The notes beneath the pieces are model-generated. The model searched no databases. It was given only the letters and a program-made list of their open reading frames with translations, and had not been told where the DNA came from. The position numbers and the translations under genes are program-made. A DNA stretch of 64,000 nucleotides from an uncultured Gammaproteobacteria bacterium (GTDB lineage: Bacteria; Patescibacteriota; Microgenomatia; UBA10105; UBA927). Below, in pieces: positions 38,828 through 48,676 of the stretch; position 1 is the stretch's first letter; each line of letters begins with the position of its first letter. The stretch lies in assembly GCA_964553825.1 (NCBI GenBank), contig CAZKLT010000001.1:51423-115422 (forward strand). Reading direction: 5' to 3'.

Positions 38828-39771
38828 TATTTTTTAAAATGTTTCAGAATAGTCCACCGTATTTTGTCAGCAAGGATGTAGCACTGATACAGCATTGGCT
38901 TAAGAACAAGGTCATATGAGCCCGCAAATTCCAACAGCGTTGGACGGAAGCCTTCCTTAAATCGATGGAAACCGTACCATGGGTCATTGGGATCAGGATC
39001 TGGTCCCATAGCCCCCCATAAATCAAATCGCTTCAAATTACGTTTTTTTGCCCACTTGGCGATTTCCCATAACAGAAGATGGGGTGCCATGACTTCGCGA
39101 TATGCTCGGGACGAGGTGCCGTATGGATAGTAGGCAGTATTTTCCCAAACGAAGATTATCCAGGCTGCGATAATCTCCCCTTTGAATGAAGCAGTGAACA
39201 GATGGGCAATCCCGGCCCCGCGCAACACTTCCCACATTGTTTCGTGGTATGTTCTGCTGTGAGCATAGAAACCCTGCCTGGATGTCGTTTCTTCAGAAAG
39301 TCGCAGATATGCGTTAAATGCGGCGGATGAATTATCTTCCTTAATCTGAACACCGTGTTTTTGTGCAACTCTGATGTTGTATCGGGTTTTGGGGTGCATG
39401 GCTTTCAACAAATCTTCTTCTGATTTCGTAAGATCCAGGACGAACGTGAATTGTGTAAACAAAGGATGGTGTGAAGGTTTTATCCCGTCCAGTTGGGATA
39501 TTTTTGTTTTTTGGGATGCCGGTATATTGGGTTCGAGCTGTATAAACACCGCGTTTTTCTGGCGTCCTAATTGTTGTAGCTGGCTGACCATCGTTTTCGT
39601 TGGCATGGGTCCTTTCGGAAAGTAGCCGATGGTCCAAGGAGTATGAGGAATACGATGAAAAGTGACAAGCCAGTCGTCCTGTGTTGCAGTATGAATGCCC
39701 ATTCTCGTACGGAATTCTCCCCACGCAGGTGACTGCAGCGGATGGGGCGGGATTATTTTCTCCTGATTCAT
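38827..39771 (-). CDS. FemAB-family peptidoglycan aminoacyltransferase (second paralogue)
   Basis: IIFVWENTAYYPYGTSS...HLLLWEIAKWAKKRNLKRFDLWGA...FKEGF. Its stop overlaps the downstream paralogue's start (TAATG). Confidence 0.7.
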   Translation of the reverse strand: MNQEKIIPPHPLQSPAWGEFRTRMGIHTATQDDWLVTFHRIPHTPWTIGYFPKGPMPTKTMVSQLQQLGRQKNAVFIQLEPNIPASQKTKISQLDGIKPSHHPLFTQFTFVLDLTKSEEDLLKAMHPKTRYNIRVAQKHGVQIKEDNSSAAFNAYLRLSEETTSRQGFYAHSRTYHETMWEVLRGAGIAHLFTASFKGEIIAAWIIFVWENTAYYPYGTSSRAYREVMAPHLLLWEIAKWAKKRNLKRFDLWGAMGPDPDPNDPWYGFHRFKEGFRPTLLEFAGSYDLVLKPMLYQCYILADKIRWTILKHFKK

Positions 39772-40134
39772 CCGTTTATTATAGCAAGAACGCCGATGGT
39801 ATTATTTGATCGGTCGCACGGAAAGAAGCAGTTTTTCCGTCTGTGGGGCTTTATGTATGATTGGAGTGATCAGTGTTGCCCAGGCGCAGGGGTATTGGGA
39901 GTTTTGGCCTGTGATACAATGGAAATTAATGCAAAAGAGACGGATAAGAAAGAGTATGAGCGCCATGGATAAGCCTATTGATTGGTTGCCGATTGACAGC
40001 CGTCTTTTTCCGTTTTTTTCGTTCCCACACGTACGTGGTATTGCACGAATTTTTCTCCTTATAGAGATGTCCCTCTGCGTCCTCGTCGTTGCGGGGACAT
40101 TGGTGGTGGCGATAAGCTCGCTTTTCTAAAATTC

Positions 40135-41979
40135 TTATAATAAAAAGTCGTCGTCCTGGAAAGGACGCGATGAATTGAGTGACACATTGAGCGCAAGCGT
40201 ATCTCCGGGGATATCCGCAATAAAGCGCGAAATCATGTTTTGTGTTCTGGTACCAAAGAAAAGTCGTTTATTTGCGTATGTAAGATAGAGCCGTTCCTTG
40301 GCTCGTGTTATACCGACATAGCAAAGTCGGCGTTCCTCTTCCAGTTCTTCTTTGTCAGCAAGCGTTCTGCTGTGCGGAAAGAGGCCTTCTTCCATGCCCA
40401 CTATGGAAACGATAGGAAATTCAAGTCCTTTGGCAGCATGGAGCGTCATGAGGGTTACTGCGTCTCGATTTTTTTCGCGTAACTTCACTGTTGTCGGCTC
40501 ATATTCCTGCTCGACGAGGGCGACCGTTTCAAGAAATGCATTGATTTGCGGAAATTCGGTGGCGACGGAACGCAGTTCCTTGATGTTTTCCAATCGGTAA
40601 GCCTCTTCCTCAACATTGGCGTCATAGAGTTCCAGATACTGAGTTCGGGCGAGTGTCTGATCAAGAAGTTCAAGAGTGGAAAGTTCAACCAGCTTACGTG
40701 ATTCGTTCAGTTCGGTGAGATAGTTTTTGAATTTTTCGAGTCGGCCTTTTCCCAGTTTTTCAATACGTCTGAGGGAGATAGAGTCTTTGGGGTTTGCGAT
40801 GACACGAAGATATGCAAGCACGTCTTTGATTTCCTTCCGTTCATAAAATCGGGTGCCGCCGATAAGCACGTAGGGAATGCCGGCATGAAGAAACGCCTCT
40901 TCGATGACGCGTGATTGCGCGTTCGTCCGGTAGAGAACCGCAAAATCATGAAACGGACGGGAAGCTTGCAGGATAATCTGGGTGAGGAAATTGGCTTCGT
41001 CATGCTCGGTACGAGCCTCATACAGCGTAATCTGATCCCCCTTACTTTTGTCGGTCCACAGCTTTAAGATGGGATGAGACGTATTTTTTGAGATGACTCC
41101 GTGTGCTGCATCCAGGATATTTTGAGTCGAACGATAGTTTTGTTCCAGGTGAAACTCCTGGGCATCGGGATAGTCGTTCTTGAAATTTACGATATTGCGG
41201 AAATCCGCCCCGCGCCACCGATAGATGCTTTGGGAGGCATCTCCTACCACGCAGATATTGCGATGTCTGGCTGAAATGAGCTTCGTGATAAGGTATTGTG
41301 CCCGGTTTGTATCCTGATATTCATCTACCAGAACATATTCATACGTTTCCTGATATTTGCCGAGAATTTCCGGGTTTTTCTGAAAAAGGATTACCGTTTT
41401 GGCAAGTAAATCGTCAAAATCCATCGCGCCGTTTTTTGTGAGCAGCTGCTGGTACCCCAGGTAGACACGGGCGGCTGCCTCCTGAAAATACCCACGGGCA
41501 AACTGCGCGTACTCCGTTGGACTGATAAGTTCGTTTTTTGCTTGGGATATCGTGTGTCGGATAGCGCCGGGGTTATAGTTTTTTGTTGACAAGTCAAGCG
41601 TTTTCATCACTTCCTTGACGGCTTCGGTTTGATCCTGGTCGTCATAGATAACAAAATTGGGTGACAGTCCGAGGGTAACTCCGTCGCGCCGTAATATTTG
41701 GACACAGAGGGCATGGAACGTTCCCGCAAAGGGGAGATCACGTGATTTGAGAAGGGATCCGATACGTGCCTTCATTTCTCCTGCCGCCTTATTCGTAAAG
41801 GTAAGCATGAGAATCCGGTGAGGGTTTACGTGTTTCTCACTGATGAGATGGACAACCCGGTACGTAAGTACACGAGTTTTGCCCGATCCTGCACCAGCCA
41901 GTATGAGAACAGGTCCTTCTGTTTTTTCGGCTGCTTTGCGCTGATGAGGATTTAAGTCATTGAGAACCGATTTCGTCAT
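40135..41979 (-). CDS. uvrD: ATP-dependent DNA helicase PcrA/UvrD
   Basis: LNPHQRKAAEKTEGPVLILAGAGSGKT, VDEYQDTN, VVGDASQSIYRWRGA, TLHAAKGLEFP, GITRAKERL. The track start at 42036 is TTG, so the ATG at 41979 is preferred (or 42015). Confidence 0.85.
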   Translation of the reverse strand: MTKSVLNDLNPHQRKAAEKTEGPVLILAGAGSGKTRVLTYRVVHLISEKHVNPHRILMLTFTNKAAGEMKARIGSLLKSRDLPFAGTFHALCVQILRRDGVTLGLSPNFVIYDDQDQTEAVKEVMKTLDLSTKNYNPGAIRHTISQAKNELISPTEYAQFARGYFQEAAARVYLGYQQLLTKNGAMDFDDLLAKTVILFQKNPEILGKYQETYEYVLVDEYQDTNRAQYLITKLISARHRNICVVGDASQSIYRWRGADFRNIVNFKNDYPDAQEFHLEQNYRSTQNILDAAHGVISKNTSHPILKLWTDKSKGDQITLYEARTEHDEANFLTQIILQASRPFHDFAVLYRTNAQSRVIEEAFLHAGIPYVLIGGTRFYERKEIKDVLAYLRVIANPKDSISLRRIEKLGKGRLEKFKNYLTELNESRKLVELSTLELLDQTLARTQYLELYDANVEEEAYRLENIKELRSVATEFPQINAFLETVALVEQEYEPTTVKLREKNRDAVTLMTLHAAKGLEFPIVSIVGMEEGLFPHSRTLADKEELEEERRLCYVGITRAKERLYLTYANKRLFFGTRTQNMISRFIADIPGDTLALNVSLNSSRPFQDDDFLL

Positions 41980-41998
41980 AACATATAATACTATCACA

Positions 41999-42682
41999 AT
42001 GAAATCTCTCTTCATCGCCGGTAACTGGAAAAGCAATAAAACGGCACATGAGGCGATAGAATGGGTAAGCCTTTTTCACCGTGAGTTTGCCGGAAAACAA
42101 TTCCCAACCGGTTTAACCGCTGTAATTTGCGCCCCGTTTACCGCATTGGCCTCACTGAATGATGCCCTCAAAAATACCAAGCTTCCGCTTGGTTTGGGAG
42201 CCCAAGATGTGTCAGCCTACGATGATGGCGCATATACCGGAGAAGTGAGTGCACGGCAAGTGGGTGAGTTTGCCCAATGGGTAATAATCGGGCATTCTGA
42301 ACGCCGCCATCATCAGCGCGAAACTGATGATGAGCTTGCACAGAAAGTAGGCAAAGCGAAAGCCGCGGATCTTCATGTAATCTATTGTGTTCCTGATGCC
42401 CAAACTGTTGTTCCCGCTGGGGTTGATGTTGTGGCGTACGAGCCCGTATGGGCTATTGGGACCGGTAAAGCAGACACTCCTGACAACGCCAATGGTGTAT
42501 GCGGCCAGATACAAGCCAGTACGCATGCGCCCCTTGTTATATATGGGGGAAGCGTGACGGATCAAAACGTTGTTTCATTCGTTTCGATGCCGCATATTGA
42601 CGGGGTATTGCCAGGAGCGGCAAGCCTTGATGCCCGTACTTTTTTTAGGCTCCTTATGGTCGCCGGTCAGGTAATCTCATAA
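41999..42682 (+). CDS. tpiA: Triose-phosphate isomerase
   Basis: MKSLFIAGNWKSN, IIGHSERR, YEPVWAIGTG, YGGSV are the canonical TIM motifs. The track start at 41960 is TTG. Confidence 0.85.
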   Translation: MKSLFIAGNWKSNKTAHEAIEWVSLFHREFAGKQFPTGLTAVICAPFTALASLNDALKNTKLPLGLGAQDVSAYDDGAYTGEVSARQVGEFAQWVIIGHSERRHHQRETDDELAQKVGKAKAADLHVIYCVPDAQTVVPAGVDVVAYEPVWAIGTGKADTPDNANGVCGQIQASTHAPLVIYGGSVTDQNVVSFVSMPHIDGVLPGAASLDARTFFRLLMVAGQVIS

Positions 42683-42688
42683 CATTAT

Positions 42689-43723
42689 ATGGAAGTAAGA
42701 CCAAAGCGCAGGAGTTTACCCGGGATTGGAATTGCGTTCGTGTGGGCCGTCGTAATCGGTCTCGCGATTCTTCTTTCGTACGGCATCGTTACCTGTCTGC
42801 GGTTTATGCGTACCACGGGTCTGACACCGTCGCTTGCAGCCCGACTTATCGTTGATGACGGTGAAGAGCTGAAATCCACAAGCGACAGGACCAATATTCT
42901 TTTGCTAGGTGTCGGAGGCGGAGACCATGAGGGTGCAGATCTGACCGACACGATGATGGTCGTATCCCTGGATCAGGATCAGAAGTCTGCGGCGTTTATC
43001 TCTATCCCCCGTGATATCTGGTCAGATACGCTTAAGGACAAAGTAAACAGTGCCTATCACTATGGAGAAGAGAAAAAAGAGGGCGGCGGACTGCTTCTGG
43101 CCAAAGTAATCGCGGAAGATGTCGTGGGAGTGCCGATTCATTACAGTCTGCTTCTCGACTTTTCCGGATTTAAGGAAATTATCGATCTGCTGGGCGGCAT
43201 AAACGTGAATGTCTCGTCTGCCTTTACCGACAATGATTATCCGATCGCCGGGAAGGAAAAGGATACTTGTCCCGGCGACCCGACGAATAGGTGTGTCTAT
43301 GAGACTATTCATTTCGATGCAGGGATGCAGCACATGGATGGGGAACGTGCACTCAAATATGTGAGAAGCAGACATGCTGAAGGCGCAGAGGGGAGTGATT
43401 TTGCACGGTCCAGAAGGCAGCAGGATGTACTGATTGCCATAAAAGACACGGTCGTTCACCCGACAAGGTGGTTTACGGTGGAGCGTGCAGGAAAATTGCA
43501 GGATGTCATAGATCGGGCAACTGATACGGATATGAACATTGCTCAGCTTTTGACGGTCGCGAAATTAATCGCTGGAATTCCAGATGAGCGGATAGAGAAA
43601 ATTTCCATAGACGAGCTTCTGTATAACCCGGCATCGTATCTGTACGGAAGATATGTGCTCATCCCCAAAGAGGGATGGAGGGAAGTTCACACATTTATAA
43701 AAGACGCCCTTCAGAAACCGTAA
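42689..43723 (+). CDS. LytR-CpsA-Psr (LCP) family cell-envelope glycopolymer transferase
   Basis: N-terminal TM. NILLLGVGGGDHEGADLTDTMMVVSL...ISIPRDIW is the LCP signature. Confidence 0.8.
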   Translation: MEVRPKRRSLPGIGIAFVWAVVIGLAILLSYGIVTCLRFMRTTGLTPSLAARLIVDDGEELKSTSDRTNILLLGVGGGDHEGADLTDTMMVVSLDQDQKSAAFISIPRDIWSDTLKDKVNSAYHYGEEKKEGGGLLLAKVIAEDVVGVPIHYSLLLDFSGFKEIIDLLGGINVNVSSAFTDNDYPIAGKEKDTCPGDPTNRCVYETIHFDAGMQHMDGERALKYVRSRHAEGAEGSDFARSRRQQDVLIAIKDTVVHPTRWFTVERAGKLQDVIDRATDTDMNIAQLLTVAKLIAGIPDERIEKISIDELLYNPASYLYGRYVLIPKEGWREVHTFIKDALQKP

Positions 43724-45091
43724 TTACCACAGAAGCGCGGCGGTACCGCCAATAAATAAACCAATACCAATCATCAGGAGCATAAGCATGGGCAGTTCGT
43801 TTCCACTAATTGGTATTTCCTGACCGGCAAGCGTCGACGTGGGTTCCGCCGCAGTCGGTGTAGGTGAATCAGTCGCAGCCAGTATCGTGGTTGGGGTTGG
43901 TGTTTGCGTAATTGCGAGTGTCGCCGATGGCGTGGCGTCTCCCAGAACCTGAGTGCCGCTTTTGAATACCTCGAAGGTATGCGTGAGGGCGACGGGTTTA
44001 TTGTTTTTATCGACGGTCGTAATCGTGACGCTTTGTTTTCCTGCTGCCAGCGGTTTGGGTGGCGTATAGCTCCATGTCCCATCTGATTTCACGCGGGTCG
44101 ATCCGCTCATGGGATTGGTGATCCCGATTGTTATGCTGACGAATTTATCTGCGACACCGGTTCCTGAAATGAGCGGAAGGGCAGTGGCAAGCGATGCGTT
44201 TTGCGCAGGTGTGGCCAGGGTCACACCCAGTGTTTTTGGGGTTGATTCGCCCAATACAGCACCTCCCACCGGCAAGGGCGGGGCCGTGGTCACGATAGGG
44301 AGCGCCGGAGTGGCGGGGCGTAACGCCAAAGTGTTGGAGGCTGTTGTTTTGGCGTTTTGTCGGCGGAAATCATATGTACCGGCAGCTTTCATGTCGGGAA
44401 CAGGCGAGTCGTTGAGCGTATCGGTTTGGGCCGTGATATCTCCATCCGGATGTTTAACGAAGATTGTCTCTTCCATGCGTTCTACGATCGGGAGAAACGT
44501 TGTCAGGTCTTCCGTGCGCAGCTGATTGAGCGGGATAAGCCATATGCCTGATGGCTTGGTTAAAGCCGACAGCTTTTGCCCGCCTGCAACGGTGAGATAT
44601 ACCAGCGTATCGTCAGCAGGTGCGTCTGCGGAGTTTAATATGGTGCCGTATGCAGGCTCCAATCCATTAGTATTTGCCGGGAGTAATCCGGGCGTAGTAA
44701 GTTCATACGGTTTGTCCTTGTTTTGATATTGTCGGCCGTTTGAGAGGATTTTGAATGTATACAGGGTATTTGGCTGCGCATCGCGAACAGTGATACTGTG
44801 AGAAATGTAACTGCCGAGTTTGCCTGCGGTATCGCGTTCGTCATAGTAAATTCTGTTGGTTTTCCCGGCGGAAGTGACAAGTACTGTACCTGTCGCCTTG
44901 CTATCCGTCGTCCAGGAGACCGTAAAGGCAGAGTCGCCGATGTTGGTAATTTCTACCTGTTTTGGTTCTTGTGAGCCGGAAGCATTTGATGGGGCCCGCA
45001 GGGATCGTTCGACTGCAAAGATAATTGTGCCCACGACAAGCACGACCATAAGAAGGCCGATAATCATAGGCATTTTTGCCGGCGTATTCAT
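43724..45091 (-). CDS. Cell-surface protein with FN3-like and Ig-like domains, C-terminal TM anchor
   Basis: N-terminal signal anchor. FTVSWTTDSKATGTV is FN3-like. DGTWSYTPPKPLAAGKQSVT is bacterial Ig-like. The C-terminus carries a T/P-rich linker and a hydrophobic helix. Confidence 0.55.
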   Translation of the reverse strand: MNTPAKMPMIIGLLMVVLVVGTIIFAVERSLRAPSNASGSQEPKQVEITNIGDSAFTVSWTTDSKATGTVLVTSAGKTNRIYYDERDTAGKLGSYISHSITVRDAQPNTLYTFKILSNGRQYQNKDKPYELTTPGLLPANTNGLEPAYGTILNSADAPADDTLVYLTVAGGQKLSALTKPSGIWLIPLNQLRTEDLTTFLPIVERMEETIFVKHPDGDITAQTDTLNDSPVPDMKAAGTYDFRRQNAKTTASNTLALRPATPALPIVTTAPPLPVGGAVLGESTPKTLGVTLATPAQNASLATALPLISGTGVADKFVSITIGITNPMSGSTRVKSDGTWSYTPPKPLAAGKQSVTITTVDKNNKPVALTHTFEVFKSGTQVLGDATPSATLAITQTPTPTTILAATDSPTPTAAEPTSTLAGQEIPISGNELPMLMLLMIGIGLFIGGTAALLW

Positions 45092-45145
45092 GAGACTGCT
45101 TTTTCGTTTATATGACGTACAGAAATCATTGGCAAGTTTTGTGGG

Positions 45146-45340
45146 TTAATACACCCGTTTGTTTGTAATATTTGTAAGGGTATCGATGTCGAATTCAGGA
45201 TTGAGGGGCACCACGATTTGTTGTGTTGTTGCCGAGACGGTTGTTGTTTTTACTGTCTTGATGAGTTCAAAGACAATCCAAAGTGAAACCGTCATGAAGG
45301 TAAAAATGGAAATAAGCAGTAAGTCCCGATCGTTGTCCAT
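45146..45340 (-). CDS. Small hypothetical membrane protein (64 aa) between pilO and the surface-protein gene
   Basis: ATG lies 3 nt after the pilO stop. One TM helix. No SD sequence. A weak call. Confidence 0.25.
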   Translation of the reverse strand: MDNDRDLLLISIFTFMTVSLWIVFELIKTVKTTTVSATTQQIVVPLNPEFDIDTLTNITNKRVY

Positions 45341-45343
45341 AGA

Positions 45344-46012
45344 TTATTTACTGATAAGATAGTACGATTTGAGCTTCATGGTGAGTTGTAGCTGTCGGGT
45401 GCTTGCCTGTGCACTGTCTGAGCCAGAAGCACGGCTTGCCCGCATGGGCTGCACGGACATGCCCTCAATAGAAACGATTCTTCTCATGGCGCGAAGACCC
45501 TCAAGAAATCTTTGGATAGCCGGATACTCGCCTTGAATGGCGAGCGTGAAATCAAATGTTTGCTGCCCTGATGTTTTATCAGCACTCCTGGTCGCATCAT
45601 TGGCAAGCAGGGGAACCGTCGGGAGTTGAACGCCTGAGATGAGCGCTTCACTTTCATTGGCGAGATTACGCAGTTGCAGTATGAGTCCGATTGCCTCAGG
45701 GTTCGGCGGCATGGCATCATCGATGTTTGGAATAAACGACTCGAGCTGTTGATATCCGGCCTGGGCAAGAATAAGTGCGGCAATTTTGTCTTCCATTTTT
45801 TTACTGAGTTCGGTTTTATCTTTGATTTCCCGTCTTAAATAGAGAATCGTTGTGATTGTCGGTCTGATGGCATACCAGCCAAACAGCGATACGGTGAGGA
45901 ACGAAAAAATAATCGTTGTGTATGTCTGATTTTTTGGTTTGGACAGGATCGGCTCTAAAGACTGATAGTATCGTCTGTACCGTTCCAGCTCTGTCTTGTA
46001 GTTGTATGGCAT
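45344..46012 (-). CDS. pilO: Type IV pilus assembly protein PilO-like
   Basis: Short cytoplasmic N-terminus, a single TM, a coiled-coil segment, then a periplasmic domain. Positioned directly after the PilN-like gene. Confidence 0.55.
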   Translation of the reverse strand: MPYNYKTELERYRRYYQSLEPILSKPKNQTYTTIIFSFLTVSLFGWYAIRPTITTILYLRREIKDKTELSKKMEDKIAALILAQAGYQQLESFIPNIDDAMPPNPEAIGLILQLRNLANESEALISGVQLPTVPLLANDATRSADKTSGQQTFDFTLAIQGEYPAIQRFLEGLRAMRRIVSIEGMSVQPMRASRASGSDSAQASTRQLQLTMKLKSYYLISK

Positions 46013-46014
46013 AG

Positions 46015-46566
46015 TTATTTCTTTGCGACCGGTTTTGGTATTTGCGCCGTAAAGACAAATTGAATTCCCAAAAGCGGATCTCTTGATATGTCTCCGATAA
46101 TGATATTTGTTACGGTTTTTGTGCCCTTCAGGTTTGCAATAAACTGGGCGAAGGAGCCGGTGGAACCTGAAACCGCCTCAACGGTTAACAGATCTCTCGT
46201 TACGTTCATAGATGAGATATAGGTTCCGTTCGGAAGCAGCGTTTGGAAAAGGGGCAACACGTCAAACATGGGTGTCGGTTCTTCTGTGAGTTTCTTTACT
46301 TTCGCCAACTTGTCCTGAAGCGTGCGAATGTCGGTTTCAAAATCGCTGTTTGCCGTGATGATATCTTGTTTTTGGGCAACATCTTCTTTTAGATCGGTGA
46401 GCTTGCGGTCCAAGCTAAACCGGGAAATAAAGGCAAGTAGCACCACAATTTCGGTACCAATCATAATATACCTGCCGTAGGTCATCGCCCAGCTTACGAT
46501 CCGGCCGGCCGGCGTGTGCTCCATCTCGGATTCGCCTAATAAATTTATGGTGATATCGGCAGGCAT
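46015..46566 (-). CDS. pilN: Type IV pilus assembly protein PilN-like
   Basis: N-terminal ITINLLGE matches the conserved PilN INLLP PilM-binding motif, followed by a TM, coiled coil and periplasmic domain. GGGAAAAGAG RBS. Confidence 0.6.
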   Translation of the reverse strand: MPADITINLLGESEMEHTPAGRIVSWAMTYGRYIMIGTEIVVLLAFISRFSLDRKLTDLKEDVAQKQDIITANSDFETDIRTLQDKLAKVKKLTEEPTPMFDVLPLFQTLLPNGTYISSMNVTRDLLTVEAVSGSTGSFAQFIANLKGTKTVTNIIIGDISRDPLLGIQFVFTAQIPKPVAKK

Positions 46567-46685
46567 AGTGTCTCTTTTCCCACTGCAAAAAATGGATAAC
46601 TGGTATCCGAATAATACTGTGGTTCACCCACGAATCCAGTATACCAAGAGTAGGCGCAAAGGGGTATCGGGGAGTTTGAAGCGGA

Positions 46686-46925
46686 TTACTTTTTGGCTAT
46701 GAGCTTGGCGAGGTTTGCCTTCAGGCGGGCAGCTTTGTTTTTGTGGATGATATTCCGTTTGGCAGCTTTATCCAGTGCGCTGAATGCGCTTGAAAGCGTT
46801 TTGGCGGTCGGCGTTTTGCGCATCGACTTGATGATATCCCGAAGGTCAGTACGGGCGGCCATTGTCTGGCGTGTCCGTTTCCGGTCGTGTCGTAGCTTCT
46901 TTGCGGCCTGTGCAATAACTGGCAT
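46686..46925 (-). CDS. rpsT: 30S ribosomal protein S20
   Basis: MPVIAQAAKKLRHDRKRTRQ...NIIHKNKAARLKANLAKLIAKK is typical S20. The longer track ORF (to 46994) adds a non-S20 N-terminal extension and is probably not used. Confidence 0.8.
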   Translation of the reverse strand: MPVIAQAAKKLRHDRKRTRQTMAARTDLRDIIKSMRKTPTAKTLSSAFSALDKAAKRNIIHKNKAARLKANLAKLIAKK

Positions 46926-47023
46926 AGGATCGAAGTATATCATAGATCGTGCTGAATCAAAATAGGTAAATGGCGGGAAACATGCTGTATCCATGGGTAA
47001 ATCGGTGCGTTATAATAGGTGAA

Positions 47024-48676
47024 ATGAATCGCGTGTGGGATTTTTTTTCGCGAAGACAACTATCGGTGGGCTCCGCGGCAACCATTCTTGTTTCCATGGT
47101 ATTTGCCTCAAGGGTGATGGGTCTCGTCCGCGATCGGCTTCTGTCGGCGAGATTTGTTCCGGATGAATTGGGTGTCTATTTTGCCGCATTCCGAATTCCC
47201 AATTTAATCTTTGAACTCCTCATTATGGGCGCTCTTACGAGCGCTTTTATTCCGGTGTTCACGAAGTATCTCACGCACGGTGAAGCCCAAAAAGGATGGC
47301 GGATGACAGCTATTCTTATTAATCTGACTCTTATTTTTCTTTTCCTTCTGGCAATTCCGCTTCTCATTTGGACAAAAGAGCTTTCCTCCCTGTTGGCTCC
47401 GGGGTTTAGTGATGACCAGATAGCCCAAATGGTCCAGTTCACCCGTTTTATGATTATCTTTCAGGTGACGCCGCTTCTTATCGGAAATTTCTTTACGGGT
47501 GTTTTGCAGTCTCATAAGTTGTTCTTGGTGCCCGCAGTTGCGCCTGTGATTTACAACGTCGGGATAATTATCGGTATCCTTGCGTTTTCTCCCGCGTGGG
47601 GCCTGTACGGTGCGGTTATTGGCGTGGGGATTGGCGCCGTGTTGTTCATGTCAATCCAGCTGCCGCTTTTGCTTCGGATCGGATATCGGCATGAGCCGGC
47701 AATCGATCTGAAAGATAAAGGAGTGCGTGAGGTAGGTCGTCTTATCGGTCCTCGGACATTAGGCTTGGCAGTGTCTCAAATTGACCTTACTGTGGATCTC
47801 ATTTTGGCGAGCCTCCTGGGTGCGCGTATGGTTACTATTTTCAGCTTTGCCCAGCATTTGCAACAACTTCCTGTTGGACTTTTTGGTGCCAGTGTTGCAC
47901 AGGCCGCTCTCCCGACGCTTTCGGCGGCTACCGTGAAAGAGGATATGGATCAGTTCAAAAGAACAGTCATCCGCGCGATACATCAGATACTTTTCTTTGT
48001 GCTTCCCGCGTCAGTGCTTTTTATTGTGCTGCGTATTCCTATTGTCCGATTAGTATTCGGTGCATCGAGATTTGATTGGGAGGCGACCGTACTGACGGGT
48101 ATGACCCTGTCTGCGTTCAGTATCTCCTTATTTGCGCAGTCACTCGTGCACATATTGGCGCGTGGATTTTATGCGCTTTACGATACGAAGACACCGGTCA
48201 TTGTGAGCGTCATTGCGATAACCATAAATACGGTTTTAAGCATCGTATTCATTCAATATTTACACCTTCCCGTATGGGCCCTGGGCCTGTCGACGTCAAT
48301 AGCCAGCATCGTAAACGCAGTTTTGCTGTTTGTACTCTTGGACCGGCGGGTTGGTTGGTTTCCACGATGGGAACTCTTGGGGTCGCCTGTGAAGATGGCG
48401 CTTGCATCGCTATTGGCAGGAATAGCTATTTATGTACCGCTTAAGGTTTTCGACCAGCTTGTATTTGACACCACGCGGACAGTCGGGCTTATATTGCTGA
48501 CGGGTTTTGCCGGATCTGCCGGGCTTGTCATGTATTTTGCTTTGGCATGGCTGTTTAATATTAATGAGGTTCTATCAGTCTTCGCGCTTCTGCGGCGTGT
48601 TGGTAGCGGAAAGATGATCGTGCTTGAGCCCGCAAATGAGGTAGTAAACGGCGGAATTCAGGATAAACTTTCCTAG
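47024..48676 (+). CDS. murJ: Lipid II flippase MurJ (MviN)
   Basis: About 14 TM helices. SRVMGLVRDRLLSARFVPDELGVYFAAFRIPNL is the MurJ N-terminal signature. An upstream in-frame ATG at 46970 is also possible. Confidence 0.8.
   Translation: MNRVWDFFSRRQLSVGSAATILVSMVFASRVMGLVRDRLLSARFVPDELGVYFAAFRIPNLIFELLIMGALTSAFIPVFTKYLTHGEAQKGWRMTAILINLTLIFLFLLAIPLLIWTKELSSLLAPGFSDDQIAQMVQFTRFMIIFQVTPLLIGNFFTGVLQSHKLFLVPAVAPVIYNVGIIIGILAFSPAWGLYGAVIGVGIGAVLFMSIQLPLLLRIGYRHEPAIDLKDKGVREVGRLIGPRTLGLAVSQIDLTVDLILASLLGARMVTIFSFAQHLQQLPVGLFGASVAQAALPTLSAATVKEDMDQFKRTVIRAIHQILFFVLPASVLFIVLRIPIVRLVFGASRFDWEATVLTGMTLSAFSISLFAQSLVHILARGFYALYDTKTPVIVSVIAITINTVLSIVFIQYLHLPVWALGLSTSIASIVNAVLLFVLLDRRVGWFPRWELLGSPVKMALASLLAGIAIYVPLKVFDQLVFDTTRTVGLILLTGFAGSAGLVMYFALAWLFNINEVLSVFALLRRVGSGKMIVLEPANEVVNGGIQDKLS

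Noticed and set aside
40147-40163. Hairpin CGTCCTGGAAAGGACG resembling a terminator near the uvrD 3' end
   Set aside because: It lies inside the uvrD coding sequence, encoding the C-terminal ...RPFQDDDFLL, and so is not an intergenic terminator.
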